From Psammoneis japonica (Eukaryota): a stretch of 64,000 nt of DNA. This document shows, one piece after another, positions 11,786 through 24,700 of the stretch. Numbering within the stretch: the stretch's first letter is position 1; the number at the start of each line of letters is the position of its first letter. Location: contig QPGO01000027.1 in NCBI GenBank assembly GCA_008632985.1, forward strand, positions 496,001 to 560,000, in the 5' to 3' direction. The position numbers and the translations under genes are program-made. The notes under the pieces were generated by a model. It searched no databases. It saw nothing but the letters and a program-made list of their open reading frames with translations, and was not told the DNA's origin.

Positions 11786-13895
11786 CTACTCGTATTGATT
11801 GGTGTTGTACCTATCCACCGGAGGAGGGCCACTGTCGTCGTCGTCATCGTCATCAATATAGAGAGGCGCTTGCAGTCGTTGAACTGGCACCCGATCTTGG
11901 AGCTGGGGCTCGGGCTGAGAACTATCCAAGTTGAATCGTACCCGCTGCCATACTTCTTCGTTTGACGGAGCGTCCAGCTGTGTGTCCAGCTTTTCGTCCG
12001 ACCCAAGAACCGGAGATGGAGACCCTGTCGCTTCTTCTAGCTCGGCAACAATCTCTACGGCCTGGGATGGAGGCCCTGTCGCTTCTTCTACTAGCTCGAC
12101 GTCATCCTCTACGACATCATGGATGTGATCTGGTGGTGCTTCTGGTGCTTCTTCTACTTTGTGTTCCGTGTGAGGTGATTCCTCCGCCTCCTTCTCTTCC
12201 TCCCTTTTCTCTACCACGAGATCATTTTCCTTGTTCTTTCCTTTCTTTGATCGGCGCACAGACTTGCCAATGGATTTCAGTGACTGACGGGGAAAAAACG
12301 ACCTTGACTTTTGGGATGCTTCCTTCTTATCGTCTGGGGTCTTTGAGCTTGTATCAGTGCGCCGGCTTCGGCCGCGAAAGAATGATTTCCTTTTCTTCTC
12401 CTCGCCCGGAGAAGGCTCAACGGATGCTGCCGCTATCGTTGGAAGTTCGGAAGAAGACGAAGTTTTTTTGCTTGTTGAGCCGCTTCTTGTCATTTTGATG
12501 GAGCGTCGTCTGCTTTGAGACGTGTTCGAATGGCGTGATGAGTGTGAAATAGCCACTTCAGAATCAGCATCCTAAGTTTTGCGATATCAACAACACAGAA
12601 TCAGGTTAGAATGGCCAGAGCCATAGGGAGATCAAGAGAGTGAAACGATAAATCCTTACATCTTCGTTCGAGAGTTTCAAAACATCCTTCAGTCGCGTGA
12701 AACAAGTAAGAGAGTCCGCCACCTCATAGTTTGGAAGAAGACAAGCCTTCATATCATCTCCTGGATCAGAGGCTTCACTATCATCTATCGATTGTCGTGG
12801 CTGAATTTGAGAAGCATCAGTTATTGCAATTGTTGGATCTCGGCTTTCCACTCTGTTGTCATCGTGCTTTGGGGATTTGGAATTTCTTTTTGTCACAAGT
12901 TGGGATTGAGATACGTCCTCTCTGCGAGTTTTGGCTTTTTTCTCCCGTTTATACCTCGCCTTTTCATTCTTGACCCAAGCAGGCCAATCGTCTACAGTTT
13001 CTAAAGCCATTGCAACGAACGCAACCGATGAATTCATTGTTTCTTCGTCTAATGAATGCAGATTGGCGTGGTGCTTCAGATTTTTGGTAACAATCGTTGC
13101 TGCAGTACTCAGTCCTCGTTCGGTGTATTGCTCGGCTGTGTATCGGATAACAGCGTCATAAAAGAATACCAAGTTCCTTTCACTCATGTTGATGATATCG
13201 GGAACAAGCGTGTTGCTACTCTTTCGCTCTCGAAGGCATTCGAATACATCCGTCATTATTGCGCGTTGAATTCCAGGAGTGCCGTGATCGTGATCATCTT
13301 CTGTCCGTTTCATTGTTGCCATTCCTTCTCTCGCATCCTTCTCTGCGCTATCTTGTTCCAAAGTCTCCTTCTTCTCACATAAATCCTTGACCAAATCAGT
13401 AGCGTCATTGCAAACGTTTGGAAAGCCTCCTTCGTCGTCGTCCTCAAAACTATGGTCGTTTTCTTGAGCGCTTTGGAACGGCTTCTCGCATGTGCCATCA
13501 TTCCCGGCATTCTGTGTTGAGCTTTCTTGCTGCATATTCTCCTTATTCTCGCAGAAATCCGAGTGTTGCAACACCACGTCCGCAGCGTCAGTGCAAGCGT
13601 TTGGAATGTCTTTGTCGTCCCCAAAAAATCGATCGTTTGCTGGAGCGGTTCGGGGGGACAACTCGGATGAGCCAAAAGCACCCTCAGCTATCGCTTTTTC
13701 TGTTGGCCAAGAAGACCGTCGTGTCGATCTCGAACTGCTGTTCGTGGGAATTGCTTCTCCCATCTTGTCTCTTATTCCTTTTCTGTAGTGCCCATACCTG
13801 CTTTTATACGCCGTCTCTTGTTTATCTCTCTTGTTTTGCGATTTCGCCTGAGCCTCGTTGCTTCGACAAAAAGTGAGGACCTCGCCAACGACCAT
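11786..13895 (-). CDS. Hypothetical low-complexity protein(s), probably spliced
   Basis: Two long same-strand ORFs (429 and 256 aa) rich in charged residues and Ser; no recognisable domain. Confidence 0.45.
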
Positions 13896-14532
13896 GAATC
13901 CACGACAGCACTATCATAATAATAGATATATGTTCATGATAAAGAAATTTGTGCCTAAATATTATTACAGTACTGGTTATTGTTTGTCGAGTCGCCCTCT
14001 AATACAAAATTGAAACGACTGTTTTCTTATATAAGTAACTATAGATATATATGTGCGAAGGTGGTGTTTTTATGTACAGTAGTGTGACTTGCTATTGCCC
14101 TGCAGATTTCGACTTTTTCAGACCTCGCGCGCGCACCCAATTTTCAAATCTCATCTCGATCATCACCCGACGCGCTCACAACACGCAACAGCCAATAAAG
14201 GCCCGGCTTATATGCGTCGCTTAAACAGGTTGTCGAACCATCAGAAGCCTATCTCTCCAATAAAGTTGATCTTGTTTGCCGTAATAATCACATCGTTAAC
14301 GCTTAAAGTGTGTGCCTTTCAAGGAAAAGGAAGCGCTCCCACCATCAAACCGAGATACCGCGGAGCATCGGCTCGAACAAGTAGAAAGACACGGCTCGTG
14401 AGTGGGGAAACTGGTGCTGAAGATCTGCTCTTGGATAAGCTTCGCTTATCTGCTGGACGAAAAAAGAAATCCACGGAAAAGTCTGTCGTCAAAAAGAAGT
14501 CTACCAAAAAGAAAAAGTCAAACACCAAAAAC

Positions 14533-15537
14533 ATGGACGGCCGACAACGAAAAAAGCAAAAGCGAAACGAAGTCATTGACCTTACTGAAGACGACGAGGA
14601 TGGACGAAAGCCTGCCGCCGTCATTAATTCAAATGTTCCGAAAAACGGATCCAATCACAAGTTTTCATTGTGCTCGTACAATGTTTGGTTTGGACCGCCA
14701 CATCCGTTTGAGAGAATGAGTGCAATTTGTGAAGCTATCGCTGCTGAATCGCCCCTGTTTGTGGGCCTACAAGAAGTTACGCCGGAACTCTCCCAAATGC
14801 TCTTTCCATTGCTCGAATCGGTCGGATACCAGACCGTTGTTCAGGATATGTCGGGTATTGGATACGGATGTGCGGTTGCGATCAAGGAGAATGCATGTGA
14901 TGTTGTTGCTTCAGGTTTTCACCCATACAGAGACACAATCATGGGAAGAGGTATTGTTTGGGTGTTGGCAAAAGTGAGAGGTATAAATCGAGAAATTCTC
15001 TTTACGACGACCCACTTGGAAAGCTTTGTGCGAAATCATCCCTCTCCTGGACAAACATACGACGGAGGCAGAGAACGTGAACTACAAGTCAAGCAACTCG
15101 ACAAGTTTTGTCAGGATTGCATGACGAAGAGGGCTTCAGTCGTTATGGCAGTCATTACAGGAGATTTGAACTGGGACGATCAACGCAAACGCTCCTCGGG
15201 CATTGACAAACCGCTGCTTGACGTATTGGATGACAGTTGGTGTGATGCGTGGCTTGAAACGAATCCTGGAAAAGAAGGATACACTTATGATTCCAAAGAA
15301 AGCGCAATGTTAAGAGGAAATTTGCGTCGTCGTTTAGATCGTTGCCTCCTGAAAAGACGAAATTCAAACCAAATCTCTCTGGAGGAAACAGCTTTGATTG
15401 GAAAAGACCCAATTCCTGGACTGGAGTGGAGGAAACAACCACACCCCATGGCGCGGAGTCAGGCACCGGTGGTGGTACCAGTTCTTCCAAGCGATCACTT
15501 TGGTCTACTAGTCAAACTGCGAACAACACCATCGTAG
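14533..15537 (+). CDS. TDP2: Tyrosyl-DNA phosphodiesterase 2-like EEP nuclease
   Basis: SYNVWF, LQEV, TTHLES, GDLNW, DAW, RLDR, SDHFGL motifs; VIDLTEDD SIM-like motif. Start inferred at MDGRQRK. Confidence 0.85.
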   Translation: MDGRQRKKQKRNEVIDLTEDDEDGRKPAAVINSNVPKNGSNHKFSLCSYNVWFGPPHPFERMSAICEAIAAESPLFVGLQEVTPELSQMLFPLLESVGYQTVVQDMSGIGYGCAVAIKENACDVVASGFHPYRDTIMGRGIVWVLAKVRGINREILFTTTHLESFVRNHPSPGQTYDGGRERELQVKQLDKFCQDCMTKRASVVMAVITGDLNWDDQRKRSSGIDKPLLDVLDDSWCDAWLETNPGKEGYTYDSKESAMLRGNLRRRLDRCLLKRRNSNQISLEETALIGKDPIPGLEWRKQPHPMARSQAPVVVPVLPSDHFGLLVKLRTTPS

Positions 15538-15579
15538 TAACACTATTTTTTTATCAAATTTCCACTAGGACGAAAGCAT

Positions 15580-18407
15580 TTACTGTGCGGTAAGGAGAGA
15601 AGTCACGGCCTCTCGCTTTTCTTCGACGCCCATGGAGTTAAAAGGAAGCTTCCAGAAATCATTAACACGTTCCATTGCAGCCGAAATCGTTTCAGCGTTG
15701 TTGTGCTCATCACCGCTGCTGCCATCACCTTCCTGGTCGAACTTGCGCTTCTTCCTGTAGTCAAAATTCTCCAACTGCTGGGCCTTGCGCTTTGCATCGG
15801 CAATCACAGCCTTGGGCACGTGCGCCATTTCCGCTACCTGAATTCCAAAACTCTCCAGGCACGGGCCCGGCCTGACCTCGTACAAGAACGTCAAGCCGTT
15901 GCTACCGTCAGTGGCTCGTTGCGCCGTGACATGGCAGTTCTTTACAGAAGCTTCACGCTCTTCCAGGCGGTCAACTCGTGAAAATGCGTCGCAAAGACAG
16001 TCATGCACCCGACGCGCTGGACAATGTACTCGGAGATAGCAGTGGCCAGACCAAAACCATCAAAGGTGCTTGTGCCTCGACCTAATTCATCAATGACAAT
16101 GAGACTGCGCTTGGTGGCAGTTCGGAGAATGGAGGAAGCTTCCAGCATTTCCGCCATGAAGGTAGATATGCCGCGATCCTGTAAATCACCAGCTCCGACA
16201 CGAGCCAAAATGTGATGGACAATGTTGATCTTGGCAGAGGTGCAAGGAACGTACGACCCAATCTGTGCCATGGTGACAATGGCTCCGAGCGAACGGATAT
16301 ACGTACTCTTTCCTCCCATATTGGGCCCGGTCACTAGAAGAAACGAGGAAGAGCCATACACGAGGCTAATGTCGTTGGGGATAAAGTCTACAGAGTCCTG
16401 CAGCTCCACGCACGGGTGGCGAGCGTCCTTTAGCTATACGCAATAAAACAAAAAGACAGTTGAGCTTCGGAGACACGGCAATGACATTTTCTCGGCTGCC
16501 GTCGTAGCTTACCTCAATACCCATCCCATCCTCCTCACTATCTGTCATTTCCGGCTTGCAGTACCCGTTTTGACTGTATGCAGCTACATAGGCAAAACTC
16601 GCCAAGACGTCCAGCTCGGACACCAACGAGCTGACGCGTTCAATGACAGGCACGTAGGTTGCTGCAATCTTCATGGCATTCACCACAACGTCGCGCTGAA
16701 TCTTATCATACTCCACCATTAGGTCCTGTTTCTTGGTTCCCAACTGTCTAAGCTCCTTGGTACTGAAATAGACCCCGTTCTTCAAAACGCGATGAACCGT
16801 CACCTTGCCCTCAAGACGCGACTGCAAAATCTTTTGATCATTGGTGTTGCACAAACGAAACTGCCATTCGCAGGAAGAGTCGCCCACGGTTTCAAGACGG
16901 ACCGTGGGATGCTTGTCGGATCGAACCTGTTGTCCGCTCACTTCTGCCCACGAATCGTTCATTTCTTGGTGACACGTTTCCAACTCTGCATCGACTCCAT
17001 TCAAATCTTGCTTGATTTCATCCAAGCGTTCATCGTGAGAAGGGAGAATCATGAAATTGCGCGGCGCCTCGTCCATGTCTAGAACAGCTTCCACCAAGTG
17101 CTTAGCCTTGTCCAGATCCACAAGGACACGCTCCAATCCCTTCAAGGTCTCCTTCAATGCGCAAACTTCTGAGCTATCCGACGACGACTCTTGTCCATTC
17201 GGAAGAAAGTCTTGAAGAGACGCCGTAAGACTCGGGACTTGTTGATTCGCCAAGACATGGAGCCGATAGAGACTTTCAAGAGCACTGCTCGTACTGCCCA
17301 AGACACCGTCACGGTTCCCCGCCAACCGTCCTCCGAGTGCGTCCAAGTCGAGTCCGGCAAAGCCAGCCAATCCTTCGTCCCGCAGTCGGTCTCGTTCCAC
17401 ACCCTTCTCGACCAAGGCCGCAACGGCCGACTGCCGTTTCAGAATCTCTTGCAGATCCACCAGAGGTTGACGGAGCCACGCTTCCAGAGTCCGGCTGCCC
17501 ATTTTGGTGAGACACCGGTTCAGGACGCCAAAGAGAGAATTGTTGGCCGCGTGTCCTCCGACATTTTGCGCCGCATCCCGGGGTGGCAACAGATTGATAC
17601 ACTCGGATGCCGTCCGGTCCAAGGACAAGTGAGAATTTAAAACACCAGCCAGCACTTGATAAGTCCCTTCTGTGGTGGGACTTGCATTCTTGAGCAAATC
17701 TTGAGTGTACAAAAGAAAACCCAACACTTTTTTCAAGACGGGTTCTTCCGAGAGCCGGACATTGCCCCGATAAGCCAAGTAGGCTTCGGATGCTTCTCCT
17801 CCCAACAAGTGAATCATGGACGAATCAATACGAGACGTATCGTTTGCCATGGGAGGAAAAGTACCGTAGACTTGGCAGGCATCATCGCTGTCATTATCTG
17901 AAATATCGGTGCGAGACTGAATCATACCCGACAGCTTTACCAGCAAGTCCTCCACAGACTTGGCACGGCGGGTGGCTGCCATGCTTGATTTTTCAGAGGA
18001 TCCTTCGCGGGTGTTGACCTATGAATTATAAGTACAGAATAAATTATGGTTCAGAATGTATTTGCGGTGCACACTTAGAAGTCCGTACATAAACTTACCT
18101 CTGCACTCTCGGTACACGCCACATGAATGGAATCAATCGGCGCCAACCTTGTCAATAAGGAATCCAAATGCGAGAAGCGTCTCTTATCATCTAAAAAAGA
18201 CCAGTACTGAAGGGTAAACTCAATAGGATCGTCGGCATGAGTGCGTTTTCGAGGTATGCGTGCCGCCACTGCAACCTGTGCGGTCGATGCATAAACGTGT
18301 CCGTGTTTTCCACCCGTCGATCGAGCCACCAAGACAGCAACAGATGTGGTTGGCAACACGACAGCAGCAGCAGCAGCGGAACTATTGTCGTCGCTGTGAT
18401 GGCTCAT
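15580..18407 (-). CDS. MSH2: DNA mismatch repair protein MSH2
   Basis: [63 protein letters not shown]. Introns ~18020-18098 and ~16434-16512; 1-bp deletion near 15965. Confidence 0.92.
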
Positions 18408-18776
18408 GGTTATTGCAATCAATAATCTCAACAAAAATGAGTGCGCTGCTCGGTGCGAGTTGGATGAGCGACGAAAAAACGAGATCGAAAAATGGCGCGC
18501 AAGTGAGGCTTGCACGTAGCTTGTGGTACAGATTTTACGTAGTAGCCCACTTGGGCATTTGTTTACGAGCTTTTTCTTTTCACAGATACCCCCAGGTAAA
18601 GTAGTACAGAGTTTGTACAGAAACATGAGCTCAAATGGAGAAAAAAAGTAGTACTACCATCACAGTGCAACGATCCCCTTGCGAAACCTTCCACCTTAGT
18701 TGACATGACAGCGACAAAGACAACGTTCGAGTTGCTGTTGTTGCTAAAGACATAGCAGAGTTGTTTGTAAAACACA

Positions 18777-21700
18777 ATGCCTCCCACTGCTACGAAAAGT
18801 GCAAAGCCTCTTTCAGTGATTCCGGCATCCGAGATTGTCTACACGGAAAAACTACAGTCCGGCCTCAAGCGCGAGTACTATGATTCAGCTCATAGCGACG
18901 TTGGAAGCCATCGGTATGATGTCGATTTTGAACATATGGTTCCTACTACGTGGAAGATCGGCGTTGGTGATTTGATTGCCGTTCAGTGTAAGCAGTCGCT
19001 GCCTCCCAAACGCAAGCCATTGGCTCGAAAGGGTATTTGGTATCCCTTTACGAAAGCGTGGAGTCCCGGACAAGTGATTGCGATCTATCAAGACAAGGCT
19101 GCCAAGAAACGTGGAGAGCAGCATACTGCTATGACTATGCAAATACGATGGCTTTATCGAAGAGGTGATTTTGAACAAGTCGATGAGGATGGCAATTTTT
19201 TGCGACAACTGAGGGGTGAAGATCATCACCCAGACATGGTTTATGAAACAGACTCCACGGATGAACTTCCCGTGCACGATGCGATGGGTAAGATTGTATT
19301 GACCGCCTTTAAGCACAATTCACTCCAGGGTAAATACTTTGATCGTCGTACGGGCATGCCCCAAATGACCTTTGTTTGTCGATATCGTGTGGCGGCGGGG
19401 GACAAGATTGAGAGAACTCTGGATTGGGACGCCTATCATGACTGGAAGCCCGGTCTCTATTTGCCGGAACCCATTTTCAGAGGCCTCCGCTGCGAATTGA
19501 GCCTCGCGCATCGCAAGAAAGGGTTGGAGAATGCCTTACTCAATGCGGGTGTTGAGCGGTGGAAGGCAGAGTACGTGCCACACACTGCAGAGAATGCGGT
19601 GGATATCACGGGTGGCACTCCCGGACGGCTTTTGCAAAAGACAGGTCGAAAGGTTGACGACTCCAAGCCTGCAGCCAAGGAAAGAGTATCTGCAAAGAAG
19701 GAGCTGACTACTGACAAGAAGAAGAGCGATGCGCCTTCTGTGCAAGAATCATCGAAGAGGAAAGGTCGCGCGCCCAAAGCGAAAGCACCGACAGCGGAGG
19801 AAGAAAAGAAGCCAGCGGCCAAGAAGAGGAAGGACGTAGAAATACAAGCCAGCGACGCTGCTATTCGGCCAGCCAAACGGGCAAGTCTTGGCAGTTCTCA
19901 GACCAAGGGGGGATCAGAGGAGTCAAAGTTAGAAGCGCATCCCACGCAAAGAAAGCGGGCAGCCACCCAGACATTGCGCAAGAGCAGCGACGAGGCTCTC
20001 ACGCGGGCGGCTAAAGAGGCGCAAGGTGTTCCCAAGCACGGGGACAAGGCCAAAGACACGGTAACGACAAAGAAACGGGTCAAGAGGGACAAGTCAAGTA
20101 GGCCTAGTAAGGAGAAATCTGACAAGCCGTCGTTGACAGAAGGAGCCGAGCGCGATTATTCAGAGAAAAAGGTTGACGAAAGAGTCGCAACCAAGGGGGG
20201 TGCTGTCGATGAAGCCACGGTAGCAACGCGTGTGACACGAAGTGCTGACCATGTTCCCACGGCGGAACAAGCCAAAGCGAAGGATATGAAGAGTACATCG
20301 AAGGCGTCAAGTCGGTCTGCTGCTAAGCGAGACAAGAACGGAAAATCAAGCGCTACTACTGCCCCACGGCGTGCAACTCGAGTCGCCGACAAGGACTCGG
20401 TGAATCTTCCTCCCAAGAATATTATTGTTGTGGAACCTGTAACGACACCGGAGGGAGTGATTCGGAGTCTGGCAAAGGGCAGCATGTCGAAAAGGGGACC
20501 ACCCGACGACCTGGCGCCACGTGCGATTGGATATGCCGCCCATGATTCTGTGGCACGTACTACACAAAATAAAGAGGATGCCAAAGAGACCAAGAGAAAA
20601 TCAGGAACAACCGCCAAGTCCAAGGTACAAGAGCGTGCAGCCAGTGCGGACAAAGGTGGTCGACGTGCAGCATCATACGAAGCCCACGTTGCGACTTCAA
20701 CTACCAGCCGTAATCCTGAGACACTTGAGCAAGAGGCTGCTCTCAAGACTGCGAACCAGGCAAAAGCTGCTCCACCCACAATAGCGAAGAAACCGGATAG
20801 TCGTTCTGGCAGGAAGGGGCGAGCTTCGTCCAGCAAGGGAAAAGCTGGAAATGGTCTCACAACGAAGCAAAGCCTCGACCACAAACCCGACAAGCCAGCG
20901 CATGCTGCCGCAAATGACGCTGTCGAATCGAAAGCTTCGTCGAAGGCGAAATATGGTGTAGACCGTTCTGCTAACAAGGAGTATGATCGAAAAGCCAATA
21001 GCAGGAAGGACAAGTCTGAGGTTGAAGAATCTCAGCAGGTCCATGCCGAAGCCTTCGCACGGGAATCAGGGCCTTCAATCCCTCAAAGTTCCGACAATTG
21101 CGAGAAGGACAGCTCCGCAAAGGGTGTCCAAAGTAGCACAAAAGACACCATGGATGTAGAGCCGACTTCCTCGGCTTCAGATGCACCCCGTAAGAAGCGG
21201 AAGAAATCCTCCCTGGATGCCGAACCTGTTGGGAACGAAAAAAAGAAACGGGCGACAAAAAGGTTCGGGCGCAACGCGAATGCGCCAACAGATAGACCAT
21301 TGGTAAATTTTGGCGCTCAAACAGATGACGACGATCGAGAAGCCGCTCCCGTCGAAAGCGAAGCAGACAATGACGAGAGGCCAGACGCGACTCCGGCGGT
21401 TGCGAATGAGTCCACAGTTAGGACTGCGTTGACTGTCGTTGCGAAGCCGACGGAGTCTACGAGGAAGCACGATGATAATGTGGGACGCGTTGCAGCCTTT
21501 CAATCCGGGGATGGTCAAGAGTCCAAGTCGACAGATGAGCCACCTCCTTCCGAAATGCCTGCCGCTCCTCCGGCAGCTGCACGCGTACAAGGAAAGGTCA
21601 GTTCGGAGGCCAACCTCTTGTGCATCAAAAAGATGGGCAAAAAGCATCGGAATTACGTCTCTTCTACTAGCCTAGAGGTGAGGACTATCAACTGTGCACC

Positions 21701-24700
21701 AGGTGCGCTGCCCAAGGAAGGCGCAAAAGGCGACTCGTGGACGCTTCATGTGGGAGATATTGTTTGTGTTGAGTGCGCCGAAGCTGGTGACCAGGCGGAT
21801 CACATTCTGCAGCGTCATAATCACCTGCCGCTGGATGAAGCTAGTAGGAAGTGGTTTCCCTTCAACATACCATGGTCATATTGTCAGGTTCTGAGCATCT
21901 ACAGCGATGTCGACCAGAACGGTACTACGGGAGAAAGGATGATCGAATTGAGATGGTTTTACAGGAAATCAGAGTTGCAGTTGAGCGCGGACGACGTAAA
22001 GGGTATGGAAGAATTTGATGACAGTATCGAAGAGCTCATCGAATCAAAGCACGTCAACTTTAAAGATTGGGGTGCGTCGCTCGTCCTCGGCCGCGTGGAC
22101 GTATACTTTGGAGATCACGACCACATGCATACTACGATGGACAATGCAGATCGGTCCAGTGACAATGCTCCTGCCGTACAATGTCGGTGTCGTTGCTACG
22201 GAGAAGTGGACGAGATTCCTAATCGCTTGAGACACGGTTCGAATAATGGACCGGAAGTTTGGTACAGGTATATGATTGAACGAAGCCTTGAAGTCTCTAA
22301 ACACATGATGGCGTCGAAGAAATTGAAAAAGGCTACATCGGCGTTTTTGCTCTCAAAAGAAGAAGTTTCTACAACTCCGAGGAAGTATGTTGCGAGTGTC
22401 ACTCGTCAGCCTCGACTTCCGACACAAGGCAAGTCCAAGTCAGAAGAGAACGCATCTGATAGGCCATTTGTTCATTTTGGCTCGCAAATAGATGACGATG
22501 ATCAAGAAGAAGCGCCGTTCGAAAGCGCAGAAATCAACATCAATGGCAAGAAGACAGACTCGTCCTCGGAGGTTACGAATGAGTCGACTGTACTTTCTGG
22601 GTTTACTGTCGTTGCGAAGCCGACGGAGTCCACAAGAAACCACGATGACGCGGGTGGACGCATTTCAGGCGGTCAACTTAAAGATGATCAAGAGTCGAAG
22701 TCGATAGATGGACCACCTGCAGCTAAAACGCCCACCGCTCCTGCTGGAGTTACCAGCGAACAAGCAAAGGCCAGTTTAGAGGCCACCCTCTTGTGCAGCA
22801 AAAAGATGGGCAAAAAACATCGAAATTACTCCTCATCTGTGAGTGTAGAGGTAAGAACCGGCAATTGCGCACAAGGCGCACTGACCAAGGAAGCTATGAA
22901 AGGCGGCACATGGACGCTTCGCGTGGGAGATATTGTTTGTGTTGAGTGCGCCGAAGCTGGTGACCAGGCGGAACACATCCTCCGTCGAAATAAGGGCCGG
23001 TCGCTGAATGAAGCTAGCAGGAAGTGGTTTCCCTTCACCATACCATGGTCATATTGCCAGGTGCTGAGTATCTACAGTGATACCTACGAGTCTGGCGCTA
23101 CTGGAGAAACGATGATCGAAATACGATGGTTTTACAGAAAGTCAGAGTTGCAGTTGACTGAAGATGTGGAAAAGAAAATGACAATTGAATTTGACGACCG
23201 TATCGAAGAGCTCATCGAATCAAATCACGTCAACTATAAAGATTGGGCCGTGTCTCACGTCCTTGGCCGTGTGGACGTATTCTTTGGAAACCACGATCAC
23301 GACCGTAATCTAAAGGAAAATTCACCCTTTCCGAGTGACGGCGTTCCGGCGGTACCGTGCCGCTGTCGTTACTATGGCGAAATTCGCGAGATTCCGAAAC
23401 GACTGTTAGTATATCCAAATGAGCTCGATGTTTGGTACACGCAGCTGGCTAAACGAAGCCTCGATCTCTCTAAACACATGCGCTTCTCTCGGAAATTGAA
23501 AGATTCTACTTCAGGCTTGTTGCTTTCGCCGGAAGAAGTTACTCGTCGAACAGTTCATCAGAAATGTGTCGAGCCATCAGGCATGACCCGGTCAGAAGAT
23601 AAGGCCTCACAGGGCGTATATGGAGACTCTGCTCAAAGTGCCGCGGAGTGCGAGGGCGGCATCGATTTTCATGGTGGAGACGATCTGCCATGTGCGGATG
23701 ATAATGATGCAGGACAGCTAACTGAAACAAAGGAAGACCGGGTAGGACTTCGAGAGGCAGATATTTACCATTGCGATGTATCTTCGCGGAGGAGTTACTA
23801 CCGAGAGATTCACGTGATTCCTCCTTACGAACACTACGCATCAGGATTGTTTAATGGCGGAGAAAAGCATGGGGGTGTTTCAAACGAAGGCTGTAAGGAT
23901 CACTGGGGAGTGAGGATGGGTGACACTGCTGTAGTTCATTGGGCAGGGGAGTCGAGGTATCCTTTCAACGTTCCCTGGGCCGTCTGTGAAATTGTGACGA
24001 TATGGAGAGAGCACGGTAGCACGGAAGAAGTTGAGAACATGAAGAACAAACTTGAAATTGGTACTCTGGACAATGAACTGCAGTATCCAGTCTGCCAGGA
24101 AAGTATTATGTTGGAAATTCGGTGGCTTTACCGCAAGGACGAATTGCCAGGGTCTTACGCGTCTTCCACTTCGGCAAGCACAGATGACACGGAGCTTGAT
24201 GAAGTCTTGGAGACGGACCACTTTGATGACTGCGATGCAACCAGCTTGCTGGCTCCAGTAAAGTTGCACAGCAAGTCTGTCGTCGAAGAAAAGTCTTTGC
24301 CAATTTTGGGAATGCCGGTTTTAGACTATTACTGTCGTCGCTTTTGGTCCATCCACCGCAAGTCCCTTGTACCCTCTGGGAGTTTGGACGCCATGACTGA
24401 TCGTGGGCGGATGTACTCGTCGCATCTAGGAAAGAATCAAGTCCTCAGGGCTGCGTTGAATTTTAGAAAGGACGACGATGGTGAAGACGCAGCTTCTGCC
24501 AATGATTCGCAGTCTCCTTCCTCTCCCAGTTTGGCATTTCGTGAAGTCATAAAGAGGCTTTCACTTATTGATGCTTCCGAGACAACAGATGTCCATGGAC
24601 TGAAGCTTATTGGACGGGAAAGGGAGCAAGATAAAATCATGACGTTCCTTCGGTCGGCAATTCGTGGGATTGATGACGCAAACCGCGAAAAGAAGTCATC

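Noticed and set aside
15955..15975. Programmed frameshift or pseudogenisation of MSH2
   Set aside because: One missing C in a run with intact motifs on both sides; sequencing error is more likely.
18488..18503. E2F/YY1-like site aaaatggcgcgcaa in the MSH2-ORC1 spacer
   Set aside because: Short imperfect match with no conservation data.
20156..21013. 285-aa antisense ORF inside ORC1
   Set aside because: Shadow ORF of low-complexity coding sequence.
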